Shown: positions 33,401 through 42,708 of the stretch, piece by piece
Position numbering within the stretch: the stretch's first letter is position 1
Layout of the letters: every line of letters starts with the position of its first letter
From: Polyangiales bacterium
Lineage (GTDB): Bacteria > Myxococcota_A > Polyangia > Polyangiales > JADJQN01
Assembly (NCBI GenBank): GCA_964202905.1
Contig: CAXNJO010000006.1
Coordinates: forward strand, 96,001 to 160,000
Length of the DNA: 64,000 nucleotides
Direction: 5' to 3'
Position numbers and translations under genes: made by a program
The notes under the pieces: model-generated
What the model saw: the letters and a program-made list of their open reading frames with translations, nothing else
What the model was told of the DNA's origin: nothing
Database searches by the model: none

Positions 33401-34617
33401 TCGTCGTGGGTGAGTACGACGCGGCCACCTCGACGGTCGACTGGGAGATCGTCGATGGCGCGCCCCGCTCCCCGGTGGTCGCGGGCCCGAGCGGCTGGCG
33501 CGGCGGCGTGTCGGCCCCGGGCGACGACGTCGGCCGCTTCACCAGCATCGCCCGGAGCAGCAGCGGCACGCTCTACGTCAGCTACTACGACGCCGACGCC
33601 GGCGACCTCAAGCTCGCCATCCGCAGCGGCGCCTCGTGGAACACGCAGGTCGTCGACGAGACGGGCGACGCGGGTCGCTACGCCTCGCTCGTCCTCACGG
33701 ACGACGGCGTGCCGGCCGTCGCGTACATGCGCGTCGAGCCGCCGGCGACGAGCGGCCGGCCCACCTCGGGCGTGTACTTCGCGCGCGCCGCGAACGCCGC
33801 GCCCGGTGACCCGACCGAGTGGACCATCAGCGAGGTCGTGAAGGGCGAGATCGCCTGCCGTCCGCAGTTCTGCGGAGACGGCCAGACCTGCCTCGAGAAC
33901 GGCGAGTGCGTCACGCCCTCGACGGACTGCGCGGCCGCGTGCGGCGACGCCGAGGCCTGCGTTGCGGGCAGTTGCGTCGCGGCGCTCGCGGACCCGTGGG
34001 TCGAGGATCTCCCGCCTGCCATCGGCCTGCACATCTCGCTCGCGCGCACCGCGTCGGGCTTCGGCCTCGTCTACTACGACCGCAACGCGGGCAACCTCCG
34101 CGGCGTGGCCTTCTCCGGCAGCGCCTGGGGCGCGCCCTTCCTCATCGACGGCTACGCGGCCGGCAGCCCCTTCATCGGGGACAGCGGCATCGGCGCGTCG
34201 CTCGTCGTGGACGCGGCGGGCAAGTGGCACGTGTCCTACGTCGACGGCGCCGAGGAGCTGCTCAAGTACGCGCGCGTCAACGGCACCAGCGTCGAGGCGA
34301 AGGAGATCGTGGACGACGGCTCGACGGACGGCACGACGCCGCACACCGACGGGCGCCACGTCGTCGGCGACGACAGCTCGCTCGTCGTGACGGCGGGCGG
34401 CGAGGTCCGGATCGCCTACCAGGACGCCACCACGCAGCGCGTGATGTACGCGACGCGCGCGTCGGCTGGCGGCTGGACGCTCACCGTGCTCGACGCGATG
34501 GACAGCACCGGCTACTTCGTCGAGCAGGCGCTCGTCGGTGACACCTCGTACGTCGCGACCTGGTGGCGCCGCGAGCAGGGCACCAAGGCGAACGGCGTCC
34601 GCGTCCTCAACCCCTGA
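30427..34617 (+). CDS. Large lipoprotein: LBP/BPI-like region, Ig-like region, internal MYXO-CTERM-like motif, second lipobox, Cys-rich/beta-propeller-like C-terminal part
   Basis: LFLFAC-GGGSCSSC; AQVRLTNAGIGFL; SLGLSEDYLNYAAFGAFDAGLL; GGACNCRVAG...VLFLLGAGRRR; LGAMGCDC; repeated VSYYD/IAYQD/VSYVD blades. Confidence 0.85.
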   Translation: MGRFRQPPKHLLVALLVLFLFACGGGSCSSCAGCGVAPIPGGFPIAERIDNSAQVRLTNAGIGFLESNVATIASTLIGMDLEFPIPTSMTSVAVIGDLTICPDDDCRIRGTIRSLDLVPTAPNRLTARLRLDVKTYSAAGERRALPIRGGFLVGTVRADIDTARGSRDYIGLTVNIDLVAETRAARAGYTRINIADATLTPGEDIENADIELMGGASWLLNLAKGLVVDQLEGQISGLLSSALGDQLCTTRGEYGCPTGTFARPNENPDSVCRYENTNAAECVPTLLGTDGQGDLGAAFLGGFSPGTHGSGQFLLAAGGDGEAVNEGMSVFFYGGFRSTNGDFSRSPGHNACVPALTPASPRDGGGTIADNWGGGERPTIARVDTFRGNTPAGLAMSPHVSLGLSEDYLNYAAFGAFDAGLLCIGAGTRLSQQISTGLFSLLIGSLKNLAFPEEAAALAFSIRPQEPPRVSLGTAPGEPVLSLLLPKVQVDFYVWSHERYVRIFTYQADLNIGIDLSVEGGQIVPMIGALTASNPSVTNSDLITEDPASLADTITTVLGSFAGMLGGSIAPFDLPAIMGFNLVVPEGGLKGVRDSGEDFLGIFANLELAAPAPLTATTETTLDLQDLTLNREAMSVGTFGQGDLPSVRLNMNATGPAGVDYEYSYRIDGMQWSPWTRDRSVVVESPALLLQARHEVEARSRVVGERTTVDTTPARAALLIDLLAPDVVVEQEGNLARVLATDVITARSALRYRYRTGGTAWTAWTNASTFTLPEGDATGLDVEVQDEAGNVGASRQALIRGLPNAAGGGACNCRVAGAPTGGDFAVFAMAVLFLLGAGRRRFLPAARRALRSPLARAALKHLPVVLVLSAPLGLGAMGCDCSDGLAPPPAATPCEGLCATTPADGQFCCAETNMCQTFGADADCDPGFTCPPASIELDGCTVRCAAGACMEKPPLTPGQLATHLDMVLDDTGTATLSGYAAGNPPNRFYGDLVVGEYDAATSTVDWEIVDGAPRSPVVAGPSGWRGGVSAPGDDVGRFTSIARSSSGTLYVSYYDADAGDLKLAIRSGASWNTQVVDETGDAGRYASLVLTDDGVPAVAYMRVEPPATSGRPTSGVYFARAANAAPGDPTEWTISEVVKGEIACRPQFCGDGQTCLENGECVTPSTDCAAACGDAEACVAGSCVAALADPWVEDLPPAIGLHISLARTASGFGLVYYDRNAGNLRGVAFSGSAWGAPFLIDGYAAGSPFIGDSGIGASLVVDAAGKWHVSYVDGAEELLKYARVNGTSVEAKEIVDDGSTDGTTPHTDGRHVVGDDSSLVVTAGGEVRIAYQDATTQRVMYATRASAGGWTLTVLDAMDSTGYFVEQALVGDTSYVATWWRREQGTKANGVRVLNP

Positions 34618-34669
34618 TCCGCAGCCGTGAAGGCGGCCGCGCGCCGCCTCACGATGCCCCCACAACGAG

Positions 34670-34698
34670 AAGGGGACCGGTCACCCGGTCCCCTTTTT
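34670..34698 (+). terminator. Rho-independent terminator (possibly bidirectional)
   Basis: aaggggaccgg-tcac-ccggtcccctt followed by ttt, between convergent genes. Confidence 0.85.
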
Positions 34699-34844
34699 CG
34701 CGTGCGCTGCATTCTGCGGAACAGCCGCTCCTGCGTCTGCGGCATTCCGTGGCGCTGTCGCGCGCGTGGCGTTCCGTGGAAAGCCACCTCACCCGCGCGC
34801 CCCGCGCACCGGCCCGCGGAGGGCGCGGCCGAGAGGCGTCGCGC

Positions 34845-35132
34845 TCAGGCGACCGCGCGACCCACGGGGATCGCCTCCGCGCCCGTCGCATTCACGCCCG
34901 ACGTCGCGTCGCCGCGCGTGTCCTCCTCGGCGAGGAAGGCGGTGTTCGACGCGCTCACCACGCGCAGCAGCGACGCCTTGTCGGTGAGGCCCGCGTCGAG
35001 CAGCGCCCGCATGTAGCCGTCGGCGTAGCCGTGCGCGCGGGAGAGCTTCGACCGCTCCGCGCCCGCGAACCGCGCCTTCAGCACGTCCTTCAGAAGCCCT
35101 TCGAGAACCGCGATCAGCTCGTCCTTGCGCAT
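34845..35132 (-). CDS. Small hypothetical protein (95 aa)
   Basis: GGAGG RBS before ATG; helical sequence with AHGYADGYMRALLDAGL. Confidence 0.75.
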   Translation of the reverse strand: MRKDELIAVLEGLLKDVLKARFAGAERSKLSRAHGYADGYMRALLDAGLTDKASLLRVVSASNTAFLAEEDTRGDATSGVNATGAEAIPVGRAVA

Positions 35133-35197
35133 GTGTCCGCCTCCAGAGCGACCACACCTGCTATGAAACGGCCTTCGCGGTCAAAAAAGCGCACCGC

Positions 35198-35281
35198 GCC
35201 GGGGTGGCGGAACGGCATACGCAGGCGATTTAAAATCGCTCCGTCGGCAACGACGTGCGGGTTCGAGTCCCGTCCCCGGCA
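35198..35281 (+). tRNA. tRNA-Leu (anticodon UAA)
   Basis: Acceptor GCCGGGG/CCCCGGC-A; anticodon arm GGCGA-TT-TAA-AA-TCGCT; long variable arm; GGTTCGAGTCC T-loop; CCA not encoded (ACCG). Confidence 0.95.
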
Positions 35282-35311
35282 CCGCCCGCTGCGCGCACGC
35301 AGCGGCGCCCG

Positions 35312-35722
35312 TCACTCCGCGTCGACGGGCGGGTAGGCGGGCGGCATGCGCGGCCCCGGCGTCTCGGCGGCGAGCGACAAGATCCGGTTCTGCGCGTCGA
35401 CGCGCACGACGGTCGGCTCCCAGGCGCGGGCCTCCTCTTCCTCCATCTCGCCGTACGTCGCGAGGATGACGAGGTCGCCCGGATCGTTGAGGTGCGCCGC
35501 CGCGCCGTTGATGCAGATGACGCCCGAGCCGCGCGGGCCCGGGAGCGTGTAGGTGATGAGCCGCGTGCCGCGCGTCACGTTGAGGACGTGGACCTCTTCG
35601 TGCGGCAGCATCTGCGCGGCGTCCATCAGGTCCTGATCGATGGTGACGCTGCCCTCGTACGCGAGGTCGGCGTGCGTGATGACGGCTCGATGGATCTTCG
35701 AGCGAAACATACGACGGCGCAT
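35312..35722 (-). CDS. panD: Aspartate 1-decarboxylase
   Basis: [20 protein letters not shown] (GS cleavage site), [23 protein letters not shown]. Confidence 0.97.
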   Translation of the reverse strand: MRRRMFRSKIHRAVITHADLAYEGSVTIDQDLMDAAQMLPHEEVHVLNVTRGTRLITYTLPGPRGSGVICINGAAAHLNDPGDLVILATYGEMEEEEARAWEPTVVRVDAQNRILSLAAETPGPRMPPAYPPVDAE

Positions 35723-35903
35723 GATCCGACTCCTTCGTGCCCCTCGTCGCGTCTCGTGAACGAGTACACGCGAGTGCCGGCAGAACGTACGGTCTGACGC
35801 GGTGGAGTTCAAGCGCCGCGTCGCGGGCGGCCCGCCCACGTGCCTTGACCCGATGCGCGCGTTCCCGCATGCCATGCCCACTTTTTCAAAGGACGGACAC
35901 GTG

Positions 35904-38900
35904 ATGCGCGCCTTGAAACTTCGTCGGTGCGGGCTCTGGGTGGTGGCGGCGCTGGTCGGCGTCGCGGCGGTCGGCTGCGGGGACGACGAAGGGCGGCCGC
36001 CTGCGCCCGATGCGGGCCTCGACCTCGCCGCGAGCGACGGCGGCGGTCTCGACGGCGGGCCGGTCGATGGCGGCGGCGCCGACGGGGGCGCGCCGGATGC
36101 GGGCCCCATCGTCACGACCTGCCCGGGCGCGTCGCTGCCTTCGAACCCGGATGGCCGCTGCGCGGTCACGGCGGGCTCGGCCGCGCTGCTCCTCACGGCC
36201 GACGTCCTGCGCCCCGGCGAGGTGCTGCGCGGCGGTCAGGTGCTCGTCGCCGCGGGCGGCACCATCGAGTGCGTCGGCTGTGACTGCGCGTCCTCCGCGA
36301 GCGCAGCGGGCGCGACGGCGGTGGTGTGTCCCGACGCGGTCGTCTCGCCGGGCCTCGTGAACGCGCACGACCACCTCACCTTCACGCAGAACGCGCCGTA
36401 CACGCGCACCGACGAGCGCTACGAGCAGCGCCACGACTGGCGCCGCGGGCTCCGCGGCCACCGCCGCATCCCGTCCGCGGGCATGGCCTCGCGCGCGCAG
36501 GTCACGTGGGGCGAGCTGCGCTTCGTCGTCGGCGGCGGCACGAGCACCAACGGCTCCGGCTCCGCGCCCGGCTTCCTGCGCAACCTGGACGGCAGCGCGA
36601 TGGAGGGCCTCGGCCAGCCCGCGGCGGAATACGACACCTTCCCGCTCGGCGACTCCGACGGCACGCAGCTCGCGATGGGCTGCGGCTACCCGTCGGTCAC
36701 GACGGCGGCCTCCATCGGCTCGCTCGATTCCTACACGCCGCACGTCAGCGAGGGCATCGACGCGACGGCGCGCAACGAGTTCCTCTGCATGCGCGCGGGG
36801 GCCAACGACCTCGTGCAGGCGCAGAGCGCGTTCATCCACGGCGTCGCGCTCCTGCCGCCGGACATCGCGGAGATGGCCTCGGACGGCACCGCCCTCATCT
36901 GGTCGCCGCGCTCGAACATCACGCTCTACGGCGACACCGCGCGCGTGACCGAGTTCGCGCGGCTCGGCGTCGAGATCGGTCTCGGCACCGACTGGACCCC
37001 GACGGGCTCGATGAACATGCTCCGCGAGCTGCGCTGCGCCGACGAGCTGAACACCGTCTATTACGATGGCTTCTTCAGCGACGAGCAGCTCTGGCTCATG
37101 GCGACGCTCGGCGCGGCGCGCGCGCTCGCGGTCGATGACGTCGTCGGCAGCATCGCGGTCGGCAAGGCCGCGGACCTCGCGCTCTTCGACGCGCGCGTGC
37201 ACCCCGATCACCGCGCGGTCCTCGAGGCGGAGCCCGCGGACGTCCTGCTCGTGCTGCGCGGTGGCGCCCCGCTCTACGGCGACGCGGCCACCGTCGAGGC
37301 GCTGCCGGGCGGCGGCGCGGCCTGCGATCCGCTCGACGTCTGCACGGTCGGCAAGCGCGTCTGCGCGATGCGCGAGGCCGGGCAGACCCTCGCCGCGCTC
37401 ACGGCGGCGAACGCGACGAGCTACGACCTGTTCTTCTGCGGCACGCCGGAGAACGAGCCGTCGTGTCTCCCCGAGCGCAACGGCACCGCGCCCGCCGCGT
37501 CCGTGAACGGCTCGACGCGTTACACCGGTGCGCTCGCCGACACCGACGCGGACGGCGACGCGATCGCCGACGCGATGGACAACTGCCCGCGCGTGTTCAA
37601 CCCCGTGCGACCCGTCGACGACGGCGCGCAGGCGGACTTCGACCGCGACGGCGAGGGCGACGCGTGCGACGTCTGCCCGCTCGACCCCGACACGGACGCG
37701 TGCAGCGCGCCCGATCCGGCCGACAGCGACGCGGACGGTGTCCCGAACGCGACCGACCTCTGCCCGACCGTGCCGAACCCCGATCAGGCCGACGCCGACA
37801 TGGACGGCGCGGGCGATGCGTGCGACGCGTGCCCGACCGTCGCGAACCCCGGGGGCAGCGCGTGCCCCGGCTCGATCTACGACGTGAAGTCGGGCGTCGT
37901 CGCGCCGGGCAGTGTGATCGGCGTGAGCGGCGCGATCGTCACGGGCGTCGGCGCGACGGGCTACTTCCTCCAGGTGCCGCCCGGCAGCGCGGGCTATCGC
38001 GGGGCCGACAACTCCGGCGTCTTCGTCTACACGGGCGGCCGCCCGACCGTCGCGCGCGGCGACCTCGTGAACCTCACGAGCGCCACCGTGAGCGCGTTCT
38101 TCGGGCAGATCCAGCTCACGCGCACGACGGTCGCCGTCGTCTCGTCGGGCAACGCAGCGCCATCTTCCGTGATGGTGTCGGCGTCCGAGGTCGCGACGGG
38201 CGGCGCGCGCGCCGCGGCGCTCGAGGCCGTGATCGTGCAGGTCGGCGCGGTCCCCGTCACGGACGTGGCGCCCGCGCCGGGGAGCGCCGACATGGCCCCG
38301 ACGAACGAGTTCGTCGTCGCGGCCTCGCTGCGCGTCGACGACTTCCTGCACCTCGCGTCGCCGTTCCCCGTGCTCGGCGAGGCCTACGGGTCGATCGCGG
38401 GCGTGCTCGCGTTCCGCAACGGGGACTCCAAGCTCCTGCCGCGCGACGCCGCGGATCTCGTGCCCGACGGCAGCCCCGCGCTCGTCGCGCTCGAGCCCGC
38501 GCTCTCCTTCACGCGCGTCGGCGGGGCGCCGGCGCCCACCTTCCCGACGCCGCTCACCGTGCGCCTCTCGCGCGCGGCGACGGCCGACGTGACCGTCACG
38601 CTGACGTCGTCCGATCCCGGGCTGGTCGTCGGCTCCGTCACCATCCCGGCGGGCGCGTCGAGCGGCGTGGCGCTCGTGAGCGGCGTCACCGTGTCGGCGA
38701 CGCCCTACACCGTCACCGCCACCCTCGACGGCCTCATGCGCGACGCCGCGGTGCGCGTCCTCGGCGCGACCGAGGCGCCGACGCTCACGGGGATCACGCC
38801 GACGACGGCCAGCGTCTTCGCCGGCGACACCGCGCGCTTCGCGGTGACGCTCGACGTCCCGGCGCCTTCGGGGGGCACCACCGTGCTGCTCGCGGTGAGC

Positions 38901-39617
38901 GCGGGCGGCAGCGTGCCCGCGTCGGTGACGGTGCCGGAGGGCGCGACGAGCGCGTCCCTCGACTTCACGGCGGGCGCGGGCGACGCGAGCGTCACGATCA
39001 CCGCGTCGCTCGACGCCGTCAGCGTGACGGCGACGGTCACGGTGACCACGGCGCCGCCGGCCGAGCTCGTGATCAACGAGGTCGACTACGACAACGTGAT
39101 GAGCGACGACCGCGAGTTCATCGAGCTCTACAACCCCGGCACCACCTCGCGCGACCTCACCGGGCTCGCGGTCGTGCTCATCAACGGCGCGTCGACGCCG
39201 GCGGCGACCTACCGCACGTACGCCTTGAGCGGCTCGCTCGCGGGGCGCTCCTACCTCGTGCTCGCGCCGCCGACCGTCACCGTTCCGGCGGGCACCCTCG
39301 TCGTGCCGCTCGCGGGCGCGACCAACAACGTCCAGAACGGCGGTGCGGCCCCGACCGAACCGGGCGACGCCATCGCGCTCGTCGACACCGCGACGGGCGC
39401 CGTCCTCGACGCGCTCGCCTACGAGGGCGCGATCACCGCGTCGGTCGTGGCGGGCGGGCCGAGCGTCTCGCTGGTCGCGGGGCGTCGCGCCACCGCCACC
39501 GACTCCAATACGGCCGAGGGCGCGCTCGCGCGCGTCCCGAACGGCGCGGACACGGACGACGATCAGACCGACTGGATCTTCACGAGCGCCCCGACCCCGG
39601 GCGTCGAGAACCTCTAG
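35904..39617 (+). CDS. Lipoprotein: amidohydrolase/deaminase + thrombospondin type-3 repeats + OB-fold + Ig-like + lamin-tail domain
   Basis: Lipobox [42 protein letters not shown] repeats; GYFLQ...[14 protein letters not shown]...EFIELYN. Confidence 0.88.
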   Translation: MRALKLRRCGLWVVAALVGVAAVGCGDDEGRPPAPDAGLDLAASDGGGLDGGPVDGGGADGGAPDAGPIVTTCPGASLPSNPDGRCAVTAGSAALLLTADVLRPGEVLRGGQVLVAAGGTIECVGCDCASSASAAGATAVVCPDAVVSPGLVNAHDHLTFTQNAPYTRTDERYEQRHDWRRGLRGHRRIPSAGMASRAQVTWGELRFVVGGGTSTNGSGSAPGFLRNLDGSAMEGLGQPAAEYDTFPLGDSDGTQLAMGCGYPSVTTAASIGSLDSYTPHVSEGIDATARNEFLCMRAGANDLVQAQSAFIHGVALLPPDIAEMASDGTALIWSPRSNITLYGDTARVTEFARLGVEIGLGTDWTPTGSMNMLRELRCADELNTVYYDGFFSDEQLWLMATLGAARALAVDDVVGSIAVGKAADLALFDARVHPDHRAVLEAEPADVLLVLRGGAPLYGDAATVEALPGGGAACDPLDVCTVGKRVCAMREAGQTLAALTAANATSYDLFFCGTPENEPSCLPERNGTAPAASVNGSTRYTGALADTDADGDAIADAMDNCPRVFNPVRPVDDGAQADFDRDGEGDACDVCPLDPDTDACSAPDPADSDADGVPNATDLCPTVPNPDQADADMDGAGDACDACPTVANPGGSACPGSIYDVKSGVVAPGSVIGVSGAIVTGVGATGYFLQVPPGSAGYRGADNSGVFVYTGGRPTVARGDLVNLTSATVSAFFGQIQLTRTTVAVVSSGNAAPSSVMVSASEVATGGARAAALEAVIVQVGAVPVTDVAPAPGSADMAPTNEFVVAASLRVDDFLHLASPFPVLGEAYGSIAGVLAFRNGDSKLLPRDAADLVPDGSPALVALEPALSFTRVGGAPAPTFPTPLTVRLSRAATADVTVTLTSSDPGLVVGSVTIPAGASSGVALVSGVTVSATPYTVTATLDGLMRDAAVRVLGATEAPTLTGITPTTASVFAGDTARFAVTLDVPAPSGGTTVLLAVSAGGSVPASVTVPEGATSASLDFTAGAGDASVTITASLDAVSVTATVTVTTAPPAELVINEVDYDNVMSDDREFIELYNPGTTSRDLTGLAVVLINGASTPAATYRTYALSGSLAGRSYLVLAPPTVTVPAGTLVVPLAGATNNVQNGGAAPTEPGDAIALVDTATGAVLDALAYEGAITASVVAGGPSVSLVAGRRATATDSNTAEGALARVPNGADTDDDQTDWIFTSAPTPGVENL

Positions 39618-39692
39618 CCCACCCCGTCGCGCGCCGACGGCCGCGCCGGACGCGCGGCGGTCGGTGGTGCGTCGGTGAGACACTCTTCCGAC

Positions 39693-39724
39693 CGGCGCCG
39701 TTCACGCGGCGCCGTTCACGCGGC
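39693..39724. repeat. 14-bp tandem duplication
   Basis: cggcgccgttcacg x2 plus cggc. Confidence 0.7.
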
Positions 39725-39816
39725 ACGTCGCCGTGTCGCCATCGGCGCGGTCCCTTGGCCGCGGGGCCGTGGCCGCGATCCCCGGGCGCAAGCGCGGTCG
39801 CCGCGGCGGGGCGCCG

Positions 39817-40134
39817 TCAGCCCGGAGCGACGAACGCGAGGCCGACGATGCAGCCGTCGGGCCGGGGCTGCGACCAGACGACGCGGCCATGTTCGACGGT
39901 CTCGTCGCCCGAGCCGTGGCGAACCCGCAGCACACAGGTCTCGCCGGCCATGAGCGTCCGGTCGAGCATGAGCCGCAGTCCGCCGCCGCTCACGTTGAGC
40001 ACGAGGCCGTGGCCGCCGGCGGGGACGAGCATCTCGACGTCGGCCTCGGCGGGCCAGCGCTGTGCGGCGCGGCGCGGGTCGCGGGCGTCGTGGGCGAAGG
40101 CGCGGTCGGTCGGAGAGAGGGGGGCGGGGGTCAT
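39817..40134 (-). CDS. Single-domain PilZ protein (putative c-di-GMP receptor)
   Basis: RRAAQR (RxxxR) and NVSGGG (NxSxxG), GRVVW, GLAF; GGAG RBS before ATG 40134. Confidence 0.85.
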   Translation of the reverse strand: MTPAPLSPTDRAFAHDARDPRRAAQRWPAEADVEMLVPAGGHGLVLNVSGGGLRLMLDRTLMAGETCVLRVRHGSGDETVEHGRVVWSQPRPDGCIVGLAFVAPG

Positions 40135-40487
40135 GGCGGACTCCATGGGGTCGGGGTGAACCTGCGCTCGCGGGTAGCAAGGGGCGGGCCAGCGCCGCGC
40201 GGTGGGCCGCATTGCGGGCGGCGTGCGCGTGGGGCGCGGGGAATGGGTGGAAATCGTTGGCTCGTGAGGCGGAGCGGCCGGAGCGAGGCGAGGACCGAGG
40301 CCCCGTACGGCCACTTCGCCGCGGTGCGTCATGCACGCCCTGCGGCGCGGGGGTGACATGGCTGTCACGGGCGCGCAACGCGCGGCCCGCCGCGGGACTG
40401 GCGGAAGCGGCGGGGTTGCGCCGACGAACGCCATGCGGGATGCGGCCCGCTCTGGTGTCGCGGGCGTCGCAGGCGTCGCGGGCGGTG

Positions 40488-41381
40488 TCAGCGATCGGGC
40501 AGCGCGGCGACGAGCGCGCGGAGTCGCTCGAGCGAGTGTGCGAGGCGGGTGCCGTACCAGAAGAGGTCCATTCCGTCGGCGAAGCGGACCGCGTCGCGGG
40601 AGGCCGCGGGGATCGGCAGCGCGCGGAACACGGCGGCGTCGGCCTCGCCGAAGTCGTGCGGCTCGCTCGGGAGGAGCACCGCCTCGGGGGCGCGGGCGAC
40701 GACCTCGTCGGGTGTCACGCGCGGGTAGCGCGTGTCGCGGCCCAGCACGCGCTCGGGCGGCAGCGCCGGCGCCGCGCCGAGATCGGCGGCGAGCGGGTAG
40801 CGCCGCGGGCGATCTGCGAAGACGTTGACGGCGCCCGCGAGCTCGAGCAGGTCGCTCGCGAAGGTGCGTCCGTCGAAGGTCATCAGCGGGTCCATCCAGA
40901 TTGGAACGAAGATGCGACGCAACGGCGCGTCACCGCGGGAAGCTGCTGCGGCGAGGGCGCGCGCGACGGCGCGGCGGGTCGCCTCGAGGGCGGGCGCGTC
41001 CGGCGTGCCGAGCAGCGTCGCGAGCGACTCGAGCCACGCGAGCGCGCCGGGCACGTCGTGCGGGAAACTCACGTGCACGCGGAGGCCGGCCTCGAGGAGG
41101 CGCTCGACCTCCTTCTTCGCGTTCTCCTCCTGGTTGACGAGCACGAGATCGGGCGCGAGCGCGACGACGCGCGCCACGTCGATGCTCTTGGTCCCGCCGC
41201 ACTCGGGCACGTGCGCGACCGCCTCGCGGGGCTCGGTGCAGTACGCGCTGCGGCCGACGAGCACGCCCGCTCCCGCGAGCGCGACGACGGACTCGGTCTC
41301 GCTCGGCACGAGGGACACCACGCGGCGTGCGGGCGCCTCGAGGCGCACGGTGTGGCCGAGCGCGTCGACGACGGCGATCAC
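40488..41381 (-). CDS. BtuF-like helical-backbone metal/cobalamin-binding protein
   Basis: RVVSLVPSETE, GGTK, PDLVLVNQEEN, LLPSEPHDF, DGMDLFWYGTR. Confidence 0.85.
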   Translation of the reverse strand: MIAVVDALGHTVRLEAPARRVVSLVPSETESVVALAGAGVLVGRSAYCTEPREAVAHVPECGGTKSIDVARVVALAPDLVLVNQEENAKKEVERLLEAGLRVHVSFPHDVPGALAWLESLATLLGTPDAPALEATRRAVARALAAAASRGDAPLRRIFVPIWMDPLMTFDGRTFASDLLELAGAVNVFADRPRRYPLAADLGAAPALPPERVLGRDTRYPRVTPDEVVARAPEAVLLPSEPHDFGEADAAVFRALPIPAASRDAVRFADGMDLFWYGTRLAHSLERLRALVAALPDR

Positions 41382-41542
41382 GCGCGGGGGGCGCCGACGC
41401 GCGGCGGGGTGGAGGAGGAGGGGCGGGGATTCATCGGCACGCGCGATCTTTGTTGGTGGAGGATTGTGAGGTTTGTTACCCTTCGACGCCTCCGGTGAAC
41501 GTACACCGGACCACCTGGTTCGCGCGGAGAGGGACGTCAGCG

Positions 41543-41974
41543 GTGCAGAAGAGCGAGCTCCCGGATCTCAAGAAGGCGCTGATCGCGGCGGGCGTGGAGA
41601 TCTACCGGACGCGCCCGGAAGAGGTCCAGATCGCCGAGCGCATCCGTCTGCACATCATGGACTCCGGCGTGCGCGTGGTCTTCGGCGAGGTGGCGAACGT
41701 CGTGTTCACGGCCCGCGCGCAGCGCAGCGACTTCCCCAGCGAGGGCGCGGACGAGCTCTTCGCGAAGGTGCGCGCGGCCGTCGGCGCGCTCGCGGCAGCC
41801 CGCGGCTACGCGGAAGCGACGTCGGGAACCACGGAGGTCACCGACCCCGTCGACGCCCAGAAGGTGCTCGACGTCTGGCACGAGGTGACGTTCCACAAGG
41901 CCGTCGCGGCGATCGCGGACGCGGTCGACGAAGTGCGCTGGGCGCTCGCGCTCGAGAAGTACATCACCGGCTGA
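41543..41974 (+). CDS. Hypothetical protein
   Basis: GTG after GGAGAGG; strong coding bias; ends ALALEKYITG. Confidence 0.78.
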   Translation: MQKSELPDLKKALIAAGVEIYRTRPEEVQIAERIRLHIMDSGVRVVFGEVANVVFTARAQRSDFPSEGADELFAKVRAAVGALAAARGYAEATSGTTEVTDPVDAQKVLDVWHEVTFHKAVAAIADAVDEVRWALALEKYITG

Positions 41975-42034
41975 GCACGCCCGGGGCGCCGCGCCGACAT
42001 CGCTGCTGGTCCAACAGGCGCCGCGCCGCAGGCC

Positions 42035-42082
42035 ATCGAGGTCGAGGTCAAAATCGAAATCAAAGTCGAGGTCGAGGTCGCT
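42035..42082. repeat. Hexamer microsatellite-like tract (RTCRAR, 7 copies plus a partial eighth)
   Basis: atcgag gtcgag gtcaaa atcgaa atcaaa gtcgag gtcgag gtcgct. Confidence 0.75.
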
Positions 42083-42157
42083 TGGACCGGTCGTGGCTCG
42101 CACGGGGACCGAACGGGAGCGGGGAGCTCGCGTTCTTGCTGGTCAAGGACGCGTTGA

Positions 42158-42179
42158 CCCCCGGGCGCAGGCCCGGGGG
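42158..42179 (-). terminator. GC hairpin just downstream of cspA (possible terminator)
   Basis: cccccgggc-gcag-gcccggggg; weak U-tract. Confidence 0.5.
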
Positions 42180-42189
42180 CCGGGGACGA

Positions 42190-42396
42190 TCAGGCGCTGG
42201 CGCGGGTCACGCGCTCGGCGAGCAGGCCCTTCGGCCCCTCCTTGATCTCGAACTCGACGGGCTGCCCCTCCTCGAGGGTGCGGAAGCCGTCACCGATGAT
42301 CTGGGAGTAGTGCACGAAGACATCGGGCCCGTTGTCCTGACGGATGAACCCGAACCCCTTCGCGTCGTTGAACCATTTGACCGTGCCGAGAGCCAT
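42190..42396 (-). CDS. cspA: Cold-shock protein
   Basis: [39 protein letters not shown]. Confidence 0.96.
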   Translation of the reverse strand: MALGTVKWFNDAKGFGFIRQDNGPDVFVHYSQIIGDGFRTLEEGQPVEFEIKEGPKGLLAERVTRASA

Positions 42397-42708
42397 CCTA
42401 CTTCCTCCAGCTTGGCGGGGTCACCGCCCGACGTGGAGGCCTCCCCCCGCGCCTAACTCCGCTCCGGAGGTGGGTTTCACCCCGCGTCACGCAAGCCCGC
42501 CGACCACTGCTCGCGACGAGCGGTGATCGCGCGGCTACGTGCCTTGGACCCCCGAAAGCCGGGCGAGAATATGCGCGGGCGCGGGTGAGTCAAGCGCTTT
42601 CCGAGGTGGGCGCGCGGCAGGGCGCAGCGCGCGGCGACGCGCGAGATCGCGCACACGGCGCGCGCGCGGCGCTGGTGCCCGGAGACGCCTGCGGCGTAGC
42701 ATCGGCCC

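Noticed and set aside
35198..35320. tRNA as a possible island integration site
   Set aside because: No integrase, no duplicated tRNA 3' end seen, and panD follows immediately
30325..39683. Long minus-strand ORFs 30325..34665 and 35886..39683
   Set aside because: Antisense to well-supported lipoprotein genes; Arg/Gly/Val-rich shadow composition
41382..41542. Cobalamin riboswitch upstream of the BtuF-like gene
   Set aside because: No B12-box or conserved core recognisable; only a short hairpin at 41491-41510
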